A program made the position numbers and the translations under genes. Shown here in pieces: positions 36,674-46,030 of a stretch of DNA of 64,000 nt; positions within the stretch are counted from its first letter, which is position 1; each line of letters opens with the position of its first letter. Under the pieces are notes generated by a model. That model did no database searches. It saw only the letters and a program-made list of their open reading frames with translations, and had not been told where the DNA came from. Origin of the DNA: Candidatus Eiseniibacteriota bacterium (GTDB lineage Bacteria > Arandabacterota > Arandabacteria > Arandabacterales > Arandabacteraceae); NCBI GenBank assembly GCA_043808325.1, contig JAZDEY010000031.1, forward strand, positions 10,997 to 74,996, written 5' to 3'.

Positions 36674-37630
36674 ATGGCTGCAACCGTGGCAATTGGCGAA
36701 CAGATACGAGCTCCGATCCGTCAGGAGCTGGACGCGCTTGAGCAGGAGCTTGATCGGGCCTTCGCCTCCGAGATCGGGCTTGTCTCCGCCATCGGACGGC
36801 ATCTGGCCACGATGAAGGGCAAGCGCCTCAGACCCGCGATGGCCCTACTTGCGGCGAAGATCGGCGCTTGCGAGACCTCGGTCGCCGTCAAGGTGGCAAC
36901 TGCCGTGGAGATCGTGCACACGGCGACTCTTTTGCACGATGACTCGATTGACCGAAGCCACCTCAGGCGAGGGCTTCCCACCGTCAACAGGCTGTGGAAC
37001 GATCAGGTCTCGGTGATCATGGGAGATCATCTCTTCTGCAAAGCCTTCCGGATTCTCCATGAGGCTGGACTCTTCGACGTTGCATCGGTGCTGTCCGCAG
37101 GTTCCGACAGCATGACCTACGGTGAGATGTTTCAGATGGATCTGCGCGGCAAGTATGACATCTCCGAAGACACGTATCTTGCGATGGTGAAACACAAGAC
37201 CGCTTCGCTCTTTGCTTCAGCCTGCGAGGCGGGCGCAATAGTGGGAGGGCTTACCGCAGAGGAAAGGTCCGACCTTAAGGCCTACGGCGAGAACCTCGGC
37301 ATTGCCTTTCAGATAATCGATGACATCCTTGACTTCATAGGAGACGTGACCCTGATGGGTAAGCCCGTGGGGAATGATCTCAGGGACGGCCGTGTCACTT
37401 TGCCCCTGATCGTGGCCCTTAGAAATGGTGGGAGTGCCGACGAGATCAGGCGCGCCGAGTGGGCCGATGTGGTGCGCTTGGTCGAAGACAGCGGCGGTGT
37501 GGAGTATTCCCGGCGACTGGCCGAGAGCTTTGCGGCGCTGGCCAAAGAGCACTTAGCCGGCCTGAGGTCCTGCCCTGCGGCCAATTCCCTCAGACTTGTT
37601 GCCGATCATGTTGTGCTGCGAAAAAAGTAA
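36674..37630 (+). CDS. Polyprenyl diphosphate synthase (IspB/HepT-type, trans-isoprenyl diphosphate synthase)
   Basis: First and second Asp-rich motifs 'LLHDDSIDRS' and 'FQIIDDILD'. 318 aa from ATG 36674. Confidence 0.85.
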   Translation: MAATVAIGEQIRAPIRQELDALEQELDRAFASEIGLVSAIGRHLATMKGKRLRPAMALLAAKIGACETSVAVKVATAVEIVHTATLLHDDSIDRSHLRRGLPTVNRLWNDQVSVIMGDHLFCKAFRILHEAGLFDVASVLSAGSDSMTYGEMFQMDLRGKYDISEDTYLAMVKHKTASLFASACEAGAIVGGLTAEERSDLKAYGENLGIAFQIIDDILDFIGDVTLMGKPVGNDLRDGRVTLPLIVALRNGGSADEIRRAEWADVVRLVEDSGGVEYSRRLAESFAALAKEHLAGLRSCPAANSLRLVADHVVLRKK

Positions 37631-37642
37631 GCTCGAACATCG

Positions 37643-38626
37643 ATGAAGAAGTATGGATATATCCTCCCCGCCGCGATCATCCTTGTAATTCTCGGCATCT
37701 CGCTTGCGAAGACCCTCCAGCGGGAGAAACAGCTCCATTCGGATTCGGCCCTATTGATGGACACGCTTGTCGAGGTCAGTGTGTGGGGCGAAGGCAGAGT
37801 CTCGGCCGAGGCGGGTGTCGATTCGGCGCTCGCTGCGATCGCGCGGATCGATACCCTTCTGGGCGATGCCCGCGTCGACACCAAGAGCGACCGGAGAATC
37901 GTCGAGTCGTCCGAGTTTCGTGAGATCATGGCAGTGGCTGGGAAGGTCTGCAGGTTGACCGGCGGCCTTTTTGACCCCACGGTCGGCAGCGTCACCAGGC
38001 TATGGAACTTCGGCGAGAGTGTGGTGCCACCCGAGCCCGACTCGATAAGAGCCGCGCTCACCCACGTCGGTCTGGCCCGATTCCTGGCCGCAGGTGATTC
38101 CGAGAGATTCATTCTTGATCTTGGCGGGGTTGCCAAGGGCTATGCCGTCGATCTGGCTGCACGGAAGCTGGTCGCACTGGGATTCACGTCGGCGATCGTC
38201 GTGGGTGGCGGCGACATGAGGCTCGTGGGCAAGCGCCCTGACGGAAAACCGTGGCGCATAGCGATCCGGCACCCGCGTCGGCCGGGAATCTTCATCGGGT
38301 ATCTTGATCTCGAGGACACCGCAGTTGCGACCTCCGGAGACTACGAACGGTGCTTCATCTACCAGGGTAGACGCTATCATCATATCCTTGACCCGAGAAC
38401 TGGGATGCCCAGCGGGGCTTCGACCAGTGTCACGGTGGTAGCACCCAGCGGCGCTCTTTGCGACGCCCTTGCCACCGGGCTTTTCCTCCTGGGCCCACAG
38501 GCAGGGCTCGAGCTTGCCGGGTCCCTGGACGATGTGAACGCGGTCTTCGTGTATGCCGACGGTGAAAGCCTGGTGGTGACACCGGGACTTGCCGGCAGAT
38601 TCGAGAGGGCTTCCCTTGAGCCATGA
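37643..38626 (+). CDS. apbE: FAD:protein FMN transferase (ApbE/Ftp family)
   Basis: Signal/TM N-terminus, 'LLMDTLVEVSVWG', 'GGVAKGYAVD'. This family flavinylates RnfG/RnfD-type subunits. Confidence 0.8.
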   Translation: MKKYGYILPAAIILVILGISLAKTLQREKQLHSDSALLMDTLVEVSVWGEGRVSAEAGVDSALAAIARIDTLLGDARVDTKSDRRIVESSEFREIMAVAGKVCRLTGGLFDPTVGSVTRLWNFGESVVPPEPDSIRAALTHVGLARFLAAGDSERFILDLGGVAKGYAVDLAARKLVALGFTSAIVVGGGDMRLVGKRPDGKPWRIAIRHPRRPGIFIGYLDLEDTAVATSGDYERCFIYQGRRYHHILDPRTGMPSGASTSVTVVAPSGALCDALATGLFLLGPQAGLELAGSLDDVNAVFVYADGESLVVTPGLAGRFERASLEP

Positions 38627-38654
38627 GTCGCGCCACAGCATCACCCTCTGGGAC

Positions 38655-38993
38655 ATGGTTCTCGCGGTCGCGACGGTTGCCCTCGGAGTAGCTTTCGTGG
38701 CTTTCGGGGAGGCCCACGTATCGGGCACGCAGGTGGCGATCACCAGTCCCGGCGGTAAGGTCCTGACCTTCGACCTCGGGCAGTCAAGGACTATGGAGGT
38801 GGAGGGGCTCAAGGGCCGAACCGTAGTCAGTCTCGACGGAGGGTCGGTCCGTTTTGTCTCTTCCCCCTGTCCACATAAGGACTGCGTCAGGCGGGGCCGG
38901 ATTTCAAGGAGTGGAGAATGGATTGCATGCGTACCCAATCGTGTGGTGGCAACAATCACAGGCGAACGAACCTATGACGGCATCACACCCTGA
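38655..38993 (+). CDS. NusG domain II-containing small membrane-anchored protein
   Basis: N-terminal TM then 'GEWIACVPNRVVATITG'-type C-terminal beta domain. Typical companion of ApbE/Gx transporter. Start uncertain (ATG 38655 chosen). Confidence 0.5.
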   Translation: MVLAVATVALGVAFVAFGEAHVSGTQVAITSPGGKVLTFDLGQSRTMEVEGLKGRTVVSLDGGSVRFVSSPCPHKDCVRRGRISRSGEWIACVPNRVVATITGERTYDGITP

Positions 38994-39522
38994 CCGAGGG
39001 CGCCCTGCGCGGGCTACATCGCTTGCGCGCCTCGGGCTGCTTTCCGCCTGCGCGGTGGCCGTCTACGTTTTTGAAGGGCTGATGCCCATGCCTATTCCCT
39101 GGGCACGGCTGGGGCTTTCCAATGTGGTAATTGTGGTGTCGCTCTTTGGCTACGGCCTCGGGGATGCCTTGATCGTCAACCTGGTTCGGATCGTTGCGGG
39201 TAACCTGCTGCTGGGTATGCTCTTCAGTCCCGCCTTCGTGTTCTCTCTGGTCGGCAGTGTGTCCGCTCTTGCGGCGATGGCCGCGGCCCGCTGGAAGCTG
39301 GTGCCTCCGCTGTCGGTCGTGGGAACCAGCTTGATCGGGGCCGTCACCAATAATGTCGTGCAGGTTGTGCTATTCACCGCAATGTTTTCCGCCTCCGGCG
39401 CCGCGCCGAGCCTGCTTGGCGGCTTCATCTTGCTGGGCGTGGGTGTGGGCCTGGCGACGGGAGTGATAGCGGCCAGAATCCTTGATAAGGTAGCGCTTGC
39501 AACCCCTAGAAGCTTCAATTAG
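38974..39522 (+). CDS. Gx transporter family (Hpre_diP_synt_I-type) membrane protein
   Basis: Multi-TM with G-rich helices 'LGLSNVVIVVSLFGYGLGDALIVNLVRIVAGNLLLG'. Conserved neighbourhood with NusG-II and ApbE. Confidence 0.55.
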   Translation: MTASHPDRGRPARATSLARLGLLSACAVAVYVFEGLMPMPIPWARLGLSNVVIVVSLFGYGLGDALIVNLVRIVAGNLLLGMLFSPAFVFSLVGSVSALAAMAAARWKLVPPLSVVGTSLIGAVTNNVVQVVLFTAMFSASGAAPSLLGGFILLGVGVGLATGVIAARILDKVALATPRSFN

Positions 39523-39534
39523 AGTATTGCCAGC

Positions 39535-39984
39535 ATGAGGAACACGGGATACGTGGTCAATACCAGGGGCAATGTTGCCGAAGTAGTGCTCGGGGAGCAA
39601 GCCGACTGCACCCGCTGCGGAGCCTGCTTGGCGATCGTCGACCGCAAGCAGCATGCGATCCGCGCAGCGAACGAAATAGGAGCCAGAGTCGGACAGAAGG
39701 TGGAAATAGAGATCGCGCCCGGAAGAGCCGTTTTAGCTTCGTTCTCATTCTTCATATTGCCTCTGGTTGTGACCTTTGGCGGCGCCATCCTGGGTTATCA
39801 CCTGGCGCGCCGCGCGGTGCTCCCACCTCTATTGGGCGCCGCGATCCTTGGCGGCGGTCTCCTGGTGGTTTATTTTCTGAGCTTGCACCATCTTCACGTG
39901 GCCGACCTGGGAGCGACCTCTGTCACTGTGGTCCGGCTTCATCAGGGACCGAGCGAAGAGCAATCATCCGAGAGGGGGTGCTAG
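39535..39984 (+). CDS. RseC/MucC-family (SoxR-reducing system-type) membrane protein
   Basis: 'GYVVNTRGNVAEVVLGEQADCTRCGACL' N-terminal domain followed by two TM helices. RseC is frequently linked with rnf/rsx. Confidence 0.6.
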   Translation: MRNTGYVVNTRGNVAEVVLGEQADCTRCGACLAIVDRKQHAIRAANEIGARVGQKVEIEIAPGRAVLASFSFFILPLVVTFGGAILGYHLARRAVLPPLLGAAILGGGLLVVYFLSLHHLHVADLGATSVTVVRLHQGPSEEQSSERGC

Positions 39985-40361
39985 TGGCTGCTTTGACGCC
40001 CAAGAACTTGGCGAAAACCTGTTGTGATATTGCCCTCGAGAAGAGGGCCGAAGATGTACTGATTATCGACCTCAGGAAACTCAGCGCCCCGACCGATTAT
40101 TTCGTGATCTGTAGCGGCACCGGTGAGAGACACGTCCGGGCGGTCGCCGACGGCATCGTTGAAGGGCTCCTGAAACAGGGTGTCCGCCCCTGGCACGTGG
40201 AAGGTATCACGGCCCGGAAGTGGATCCTGGTGGACTACGTCAACGTTGTTGTTCACGTCTTTAACAACGAGACAAGGAAGTTCTACTCGCTTGAGACTCT
40301 GTGGGGAGACGCCCCTTCGGAGAAGGTCAGGCCAAGGACCCGGAGGACGCGGAAGGCGTGA
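39984..40361 (+). CDS. rsfS: Ribosomal silencing factor RsfS (Iojap)
   Basis: 'LEKRAEDVLIIDLRKLSAPTDYFVICSGTGERHVRAV...WILVDYVNVVVHVF' is the canonical RsfS. Confidence 0.85.
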   Translation: MAALTPKNLAKTCCDIALEKRAEDVLIIDLRKLSAPTDYFVICSGTGERHVRAVADGIVEGLLKQGVRPWHVEGITARKWILVDYVNVVVHVFNNETRKFYSLETLWGDAPSEKVRPRTRRTRKA

Positions 40362-42439
40362 CAATCAGGGAAGAGATGGAGGGTGTTCTCAGGACGGCTT
40401 TGGAGCTCGAGTACCCCGCGCTCGGCCACCTCAAATTTGAGGTTTTCAAGTCCCACGGAAAGGCCTTCGGCGATTTCGCGAGCAACGTGGCCATCCTGGC
40501 CGGTAAAGCCCTTGAGGGCGATCCCATGGCGCTGGCGGAGACGCTGGGCCGGAGAGCCAGGACCTCCTCTCGAACGATCGCCGCGATCGAGACTGCCCGG
40601 CCCGGATTCATAAATATCTCCGTTACGAGCGAGGCCTATCTCGCCAAACTCGGGGAGATCGTCGCCTGGAGCGACGATGAGACTTACGGCTCCTGCTCCC
40701 TCGGTGAGGGCAAGCTGGTTCAGGTGGAATTCGTCAGTGCCAACCCGACCGGGCCTCTCAACGTAGTAAGCGCGCGGGCAGCGGCTGTGGGCGACTCTCT
40801 GGTGAGGCTGCTCCGGCGAATCGGATTCGATGCGCGGAGCGAGTTCTACGTCAACGATGCCGGGACCCAGATTGAAATGCTCGGGAATTCGCTCGAGGCC
40901 CGTCTGCGCGAAATCCTGGGCGAAGGTGTTGAAATCCCCGAAGGCGGCTATCCCGGCGAATACTTGAAAGCGGTGGCCCAGAAGGTGAAGGGGCTTGCCG
41001 ACTGGGCAGACCGGCAGCTGGAGGCCGACCGCGATCAGGCTGAACTCCCGCCCGCCGAAGAGGCCGGCATCATAGAGGATTTCTTGGCGCGGGAGGCGCT
41101 CCCCGGCCAGGCCGGATCCGGAGAGATCAGGGATTGTCTTGCCGAGTACCGCAGCTTCAAACAGGCGCTTCCACCCGATCAAGGCGATTGGTGGGCGGCG
41201 CTCTATATTTGCAATCTCTCCGGCAGGTCTCTTGGGACAGACGATCTGACGGCCAGATTGGTCTGGCTGGACCGATACCGCAGCTTCTTGCGTGCGACCC
41301 GCAGAGGCGAAGGGACAGGTTATTCACGGGTTTCGACTCCCGCGGCGCGTGTGTTCACGGGAGAAGCAACGCCCGGGCGGCGTTTCGACTTCAGCAGGTT
41401 CGCAATTGAGAGAATTGTTGAGGGGCAACGGACATCGCTCCAAAGATTCGGCAGGCGCCCTGAGGGAGGCCTCACGTTCGATGCCTGGGTGAGGGAATCC
41501 TCGCTTGAGGATCTCCTCGGCGAGGTTTCGGCAAGGCTGGTCTCGGATCGCCGCTTCGTCTATGAAAAGGATGGAGCGGTATGGCTCAAGGATGAGGAAT
41601 CCCAGGGCCAAGATCGAGATGCGGGCGGGGGAGAGGAGAGCGATGAAAGAGACGAGTGGGTGATACGGCGCAGAACAGGCAAGCCCACCTATTTCTTGAC
41701 TGACATAACCTATCACATTGACAAGCGCCGGCGCGGCTTCGAGCGCGTTATAGATATATGGGGTCCCGACCACCACGGCCATGTGGGCCGAATGAAAACG
41801 GCAATGGCAATCGTCTCCCGCGTAATGCCGGAGCTGGCAATCGGGGACGACTGGCTTGAGGTCTTGATTGCCCAGCAGGTCAACCTGGTGCGGGAAGGCA
41901 AGCGCGTCCAGATGTCCAAGCGGGCAGGGGAATACGTCACGCTGGACGATGTCGTGACTGAAGTGGGGGCTGACGCCGCACGCTTCTTCTTCCTAATGCG
42001 GAGATCAAACAGCCACCTGGATTTTGACCTGGACCTTGCCAAGAGAACCTCCGAGGAGAACCCGGTATACTACATTCAGTATGCCCATGCGAGAATATGC
42101 AGCATCCTGGAATTCGCCGGACAGAACGGTTTCGACCGGCTACCTCCGCCCGGGGCCGGACTCTCGCTGCTCGTATCTCCCGAGGAGATGGATCTCGTCA
42201 AGGGGCTCGGCGACTTTGAGGACGTGGTGAGAGCCAGTGCCCTGGCGCATGAGCCCCACAGGATTGTGGGATACCTCGTCGATCTTGCCGGACGATTCCA
42301 CAGGTTCTACCATAACCACCGGGTGGTGACCGAAGATAGGCCCCTCTCGGAAGCCAGGCTCTGCCTTTGCTGGGCGATGCGGACCATCTTGCGAAGCGCG
42401 CTTTCCTTGATCGGCGTATCCGCCCCGGCGTCGATGTGA
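40358..42439 (+). CDS. argS: Arginine--tRNA ligase homolog with a degenerate HIGH motif and a ~130-aa insertion
   Basis: 'FVSANPTGPLNVVSARAAAVGD' (E. coli ArgS has ...PLHVGHGRGAA...). 'VQMSKRAGEYVTLDD'. C-terminal DALR anticodon-binding 'ENPVYYIQYAHARICSILE'. 693-712 aa versus ~580 aa typical. GTG 40358 overlaps the rsfS stop; alternative ATG 40376. Confidence 0.75.
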   Translation: MTIREEMEGVLRTALELEYPALGHLKFEVFKSHGKAFGDFASNVAILAGKALEGDPMALAETLGRRARTSSRTIAAIETARPGFINISVTSEAYLAKLGEIVAWSDDETYGSCSLGEGKLVQVEFVSANPTGPLNVVSARAAAVGDSLVRLLRRIGFDARSEFYVNDAGTQIEMLGNSLEARLREILGEGVEIPEGGYPGEYLKAVAQKVKGLADWADRQLEADRDQAELPPAEEAGIIEDFLAREALPGQAGSGEIRDCLAEYRSFKQALPPDQGDWWAALYICNLSGRSLGTDDLTARLVWLDRYRSFLRATRRGEGTGYSRVSTPAARVFTGEATPGRRFDFSRFAIERIVEGQRTSLQRFGRRPEGGLTFDAWVRESSLEDLLGEVSARLVSDRRFVYEKDGAVWLKDEESQGQDRDAGGGEESDERDEWVIRRRTGKPTYFLTDITYHIDKRRRGFERVIDIWGPDHHGHVGRMKTAMAIVSRVMPELAIGDDWLEVLIAQQVNLVREGKRVQMSKRAGEYVTLDDVVTEVGADAARFFFLMRRSNSHLDFDLDLAKRTSEENPVYYIQYAHARICSILEFAGQNGFDRLPPPGAGLSLLVSPEEMDLVKGLGDFEDVVRASALAHEPHRIVGYLVDLAGRFHRFYHNHRVVTEDRPLSEARLCLCWAMRTILRSALSLIGVSAPASM

Positions 42440-42457
42440 TCGAACGGACGGCCAATC

Positions 42458-44080
42458 ATGAGTGACGCCAACAAGCCCGATAGACTGTGGATGGCAATCC
42501 TCGCGGGCTACTGTATCTACGCGGCGCTCTTCATCCTGAGAACCAGCTTCGTACTTGACGGTGAGAGGTATTTCTCTCTCTTCGACGATGCCATGATCTC
42601 AATGACCTACGCCAGGAACCTTGCCCACGGGCAGGGTCTGGTCTGGAATCCGGGTGGCGAAAGGGTAGAGGGAATCACCAATCTCGCCTGGACCCTCTAC
42701 ATGGCATTGCTCCATCTGATCCCGCTTGCCAAGTCGAAGATTAGCCTGCTGGTTCAGGCGACGAGTGCGGTGCTGCTGCTTGTGAGCCTGGTCTTCATCA
42801 AACGCATAGCCCAGGCGATCTCCGAGGGTTCAAGGTTTGTCTGGGTTGGAGCCGTAGTCCTTTCGGCATTCTACATGCCCACCAACAACTGGAGCCTCCA
42901 GGGGATGGAGGTCGGGCTGCTGATTCTGCTGGTCGGCCTCGCAGTCGACCGCACCATACGGGCGATCCAGTCCGGACGATTCTCGCTCGTGCCCTATGCG
43001 ATTCTGGCCCTGGCAATGCTTGTGAGATTGGACATGGCCGTACCTTTTGCAGTCGTGCTGGTCTTTATGGCGGCCACCGACCGAGAGAACAGGAAGAAAC
43101 ACATCACCTTCGGTCTCGCTTTCTTTGGAGTCGCAGTCGCCTCCCAGACTATCTTCCGGGTCTTGTACTACGGCGACCTCCTGCCAAACACCTATTATCA
43201 GAAGCTGACGGGCTACCCCTTCCTCTGGAGGATCACCCGCGGTCTTTATGTAACCTTCGTCTTCATATGGCGAATGAATTGGATCTTCTTCCTGGTGCCC
43301 GTAAGCCTCCTCTTCATGAGGCGGAGCCGACCGGAGAGGCTCCTGGCCTGCGTGGTAGGCGGCCAACTTGCGTACAGCATATTTGTGGGAGGCGATGCCT
43401 GGGAGAACTGGGGTGGAGCCAACCGCTATGTCTGTATTGCCATGCCCTGTTTCTTCATCCTGTTCTGCCGCGGCCTCGATACGATCGGCGAGCGCATCAA
43501 GACCTACCTCACCAAGTGCCGGCCCGGGCTACCGGCCGAGATTGGCGCAAGATACATCCGGCGCGCCGCAGTTGCACTCGTCCTTGTAAGCCTGGCCAGC
43601 TTCAATGCGATCTATGGGCCCGCCGCGCTTACACAGTTGCTCTTGCTTAAGAGACCGGTTCACGCGGATGATAACGAGAGAATGGCGGCAAGGGGCCTGG
43701 CGATTGCCAAGATCACCGGCCAACGGGCGCGCGTTGCGGTTGTGTGGGACGGGGCGATTCCTTATTTCTCGGAACGATACGCCATCAGCATCCTGGGAAA
43801 AAACGACCGCAAGATAGCCCACGAGCCCATGAAGACCTTCTCCGGACCGAAGAAGCTGGTCGCTTTCTACCCGGGTCATCTCAAGTGGGACTACACCTAT
43901 TCGATAGGGCAACTGAAGCCTGATGTGGTGGCGCAGCTCTGGCAGAATCCGGAGACCGCGGCGCCCTATCTCAAAACGGACTATCTGCAGGTGCGGGTCG
44001 GCGGCTTCGGCATGCACCTCAAGAGCGGCTCCCCTAACATCCGCTGGGACAAGGTCTCCACCCTATCGCCCAATGGATGA
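42458..44080 (+). CDS. Polytopic membrane protein, possibly GT-C-type (ArnT/PMT-like) glycosyltransferase
   Basis: ~11 predicted TM helices in the N-terminal 350 aa. 'LFDDAMISMTYARNL' acidic motif in the first loop. Soluble C-terminal domain. Confidence 0.4.
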   Translation: MSDANKPDRLWMAILAGYCIYAALFILRTSFVLDGERYFSLFDDAMISMTYARNLAHGQGLVWNPGGERVEGITNLAWTLYMALLHLIPLAKSKISLLVQATSAVLLLVSLVFIKRIAQAISEGSRFVWVGAVVLSAFYMPTNNWSLQGMEVGLLILLVGLAVDRTIRAIQSGRFSLVPYAILALAMLVRLDMAVPFAVVLVFMAATDRENRKKHITFGLAFFGVAVASQTIFRVLYYGDLLPNTYYQKLTGYPFLWRITRGLYVTFVFIWRMNWIFFLVPVSLLFMRRSRPERLLACVVGGQLAYSIFVGGDAWENWGGANRYVCIAMPCFFILFCRGLDTIGERIKTYLTKCRPGLPAEIGARYIRRAAVALVLVSLASFNAIYGPAALTQLLLLKRPVHADDNERMAARGLAIAKITGQRARVAVVWDGAIPYFSERYAISILGKNDRKIAHEPMKTFSGPKKLVAFYPGHLKWDYTYSIGQLKPDVVAQLWQNPETAAPYLKTDYLQVRVGGFGMHLKSGSPNIRWDKVSTLSPNG

Positions 44081-44147
44081 ACGAACCCGCCGGTTCTCCC
44101 GAGGGCTTTTTGCTTGATAGCCGGTCGGAGTTGTGGTATGATTCGAC

Positions 44148-44864
44148 GTGGCAAACAGCCCTCTGGAGGCGAGTTTGGCGTTACAGCGTGACGTTCCTGA
44201 AGAAAAAATCAAACGGGCGATCGCCTCGCTGCCCGATGTGCAGTCCTGCAATGTCGAGTTCAACCCTGACGGTTCGATCTCAGCCATCCACATAGTCTCC
44301 TCCACCAAGAGATCACCCAAGCAGATTGTGCGGGATGTCGAGTCCGTGTTGCTTGCCGACTTCGAAATAAAGATCGACCATAGGAAGGTGTCAATCGCCC
44401 GAGTGGAGGACAAGGCTGCCCGACGAGCCGAGCGGCATCTGCGTCCCAAACTGGTGGCGATCAAGCTGGCTATATCCGGAGGCAAAGGCAGTGTGGAGGT
44501 GGTGCTGGAGAGGGCCGGGTTTACCGTTACCGGCGAGGCCGGAGGTGTTGCGGAGAGGGGCGGGAATCTGAGGCTTGTCGCGAGGGCGACCTTCCGCGCC
44601 CTGGAGAAGATGGTTGGGCCGGAGGCCGCCTTTGAGCTCCTGGACGTAATACGGATCCAAAGCGGCGAGAGAAAGGCCGTGGTGGTGCTTGCCGGTTTTG
44701 CGTCTCCCAGCGAGATCAAGAGCCTCGCCGGGTGCGTGCAATTTCATGATGATGAACAGAAGGCCGTTGCGCTTGCCGCACTTGACGCCTCAAACCGCAT
44801 CGTCGAGATTCTGGAGCAGCCTGAGCAGACCGAGTATGAGGTAACACCCTTTCCTGAAGACTGA
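44148..44864 (+). CDS. Hypothetical protein with internal repeat architecture
   Basis: GTG start. Two similar ~80-aa segments ('SISAIHIVSS...IVRDVESVLLADFEI' / 'SVEVVLERAGFTVTGE...'). No motif recognised. Confidence 0.4.
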   Translation: MANSPLEASLALQRDVPEEKIKRAIASLPDVQSCNVEFNPDGSISAIHIVSSTKRSPKQIVRDVESVLLADFEIKIDHRKVSIARVEDKAARRAERHLRPKLVAIKLAISGGKGSVEVVLERAGFTVTGEAGGVAERGGNLRLVARATFRALEKMVGPEAAFELLDVIRIQSGERKAVVVLAGFASPSEIKSLAGCVQFHDDEQKAVALAALDASNRIVEILEQPEQTEYEVTPFPED

Positions 44865-45006
44865 GGTGTCCCCAGATTTACACCGCCGTTCATATTCCTA
44901 CACCTCGCTTTAGAAGTGTGTTGAGTAAGTTTGCGGTTAATAGCAGAATGCTTCAGTGTCTTGATGGCACGCCTGATGCAATATTAGGAGGCCGGCAGAG
45001 GTGGGG

Positions 45007-46011
45007 ATGAAGCGAATCACTTATAGCCAATCCGGGGTCGATCTGGACCGATATGACGGCCTGGTCAAGGTCATCAAACAGATCCTCACTCGTTCGAGTC
45101 GATCAAGCGGCAGCGGCCACTTCGCAGGAATGATCGAGCTCGGCGGCAGGACCGGCCAGATCCTGGTGGCCAGCGTCGACGGCGTGGGCACCAAGGTTAA
45201 GGTTGCGGCCCAGTACGGCCGGTATCGCGGATTGGGAAGAGACATAGTGGGCCACTGCGTCAACGACATTCTGTGCATAGGAGCACGGCCGATAGGCTTT
45301 CTCGACTACATCGCTTTTGACAAACTGAATGTGAAGGCCTTCAAGGAGATTCTCTCCGGGCTGGCTTCGGAGTGCAGGAGGTGCGGTATTCAGCTGATCG
45401 GCGGCGAAACCGCCGAGATGCCAGGGGTCTATCGACGCGGGGAATGCGATCTCGCGGGATTCATTATCGGACTCACCACCAGATCGACTATGCTCGATGG
45501 AACAAGAATCAGCAAAGGCGACCTGGTGGTGGGGCTCCCTTCAAACGGTTTGCACACCAACGGGTTTAGCCTTGCAAGGCGGGTACTGCTCGAACGGCGC
45601 GGCATGGATCTCCATCGCCCTCCCACTGGTTGGCGCGAGCCTCTGGGCAGGGTGCTCCTCAGGCCGCACACCAACTATCTCGAGTCGGTCTATCCGCTCG
45701 TCCAACGAAGGCTCCTCACGGGCGTTGCCCATATCACCGGTGGAGGGATTGCCGGTAATCTCGAAAGGATACTGCCGAGGAACCTGGATGCCACTCTGAA
45801 GAGATCCCTGTGGCGTGTGCCCAAGATATTCGATCTGATTGCCGAGAGCGGCCCGGTGGACGAGGCCGAGATGTTTCGGGTCTTCAACATGGGCCTCGGC
45901 ATGCTGCTTGTTGTTCCTGAGCGGAACCTCCCTGCCGTAATGAAACAGACTGAGGATTCGAGGGTTGTGGGGGAGATTGTGGAAGGTGTGGGGAAAGTAA
46001 TCGTCAGCTGA
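45007..46011 (+). CDS. purM: Phosphoribosylformylglycinamidine cyclo-ligase (AIR synthetase)
   Basis: 'ITYSQSGVDLDRYDGLVKVI', 'VASVDGVGTKVKVAAQ', 'ITGGGIAGNL' are PurM signatures. Confidence 0.95.
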   Translation: MKRITYSQSGVDLDRYDGLVKVIKQILTRSSRSSGSGHFAGMIELGGRTGQILVASVDGVGTKVKVAAQYGRYRGLGRDIVGHCVNDILCIGARPIGFLDYIAFDKLNVKAFKEILSGLASECRRCGIQLIGGETAEMPGVYRRGECDLAGFIIGLTTRSTMLDGTRISKGDLVVGLPSNGLHTNGFSLARRVLLERRGMDLHRPPTGWREPLGRVLLRPHTNYLESVYPLVQRRLLTGVAHITGGGIAGNLERILPRNLDATLKRSLWRVPKIFDLIAESGPVDEAEMFRVFNMGLGMLLVVPERNLPAVMKQTEDSRVVGEIVEGVGKVIVS

Positions 46012-46030
46012 CCCGCAGCAGATTCTAACC

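Noticed and set aside
44865-45006. Possible purine/ZTP riboswitch in the 140-bp leader upstream of purM
   Set aside because: Only a loose 'cacgcctgatg' resemblance to the ZTP 3' pseudoknot element (CCGCCUGGGC) and no matching 5' conserved GGGUCGUGACUGGCG segment. No purine-riboswitch UAUA/junction motifs are evident. Would need an Infernal scan.
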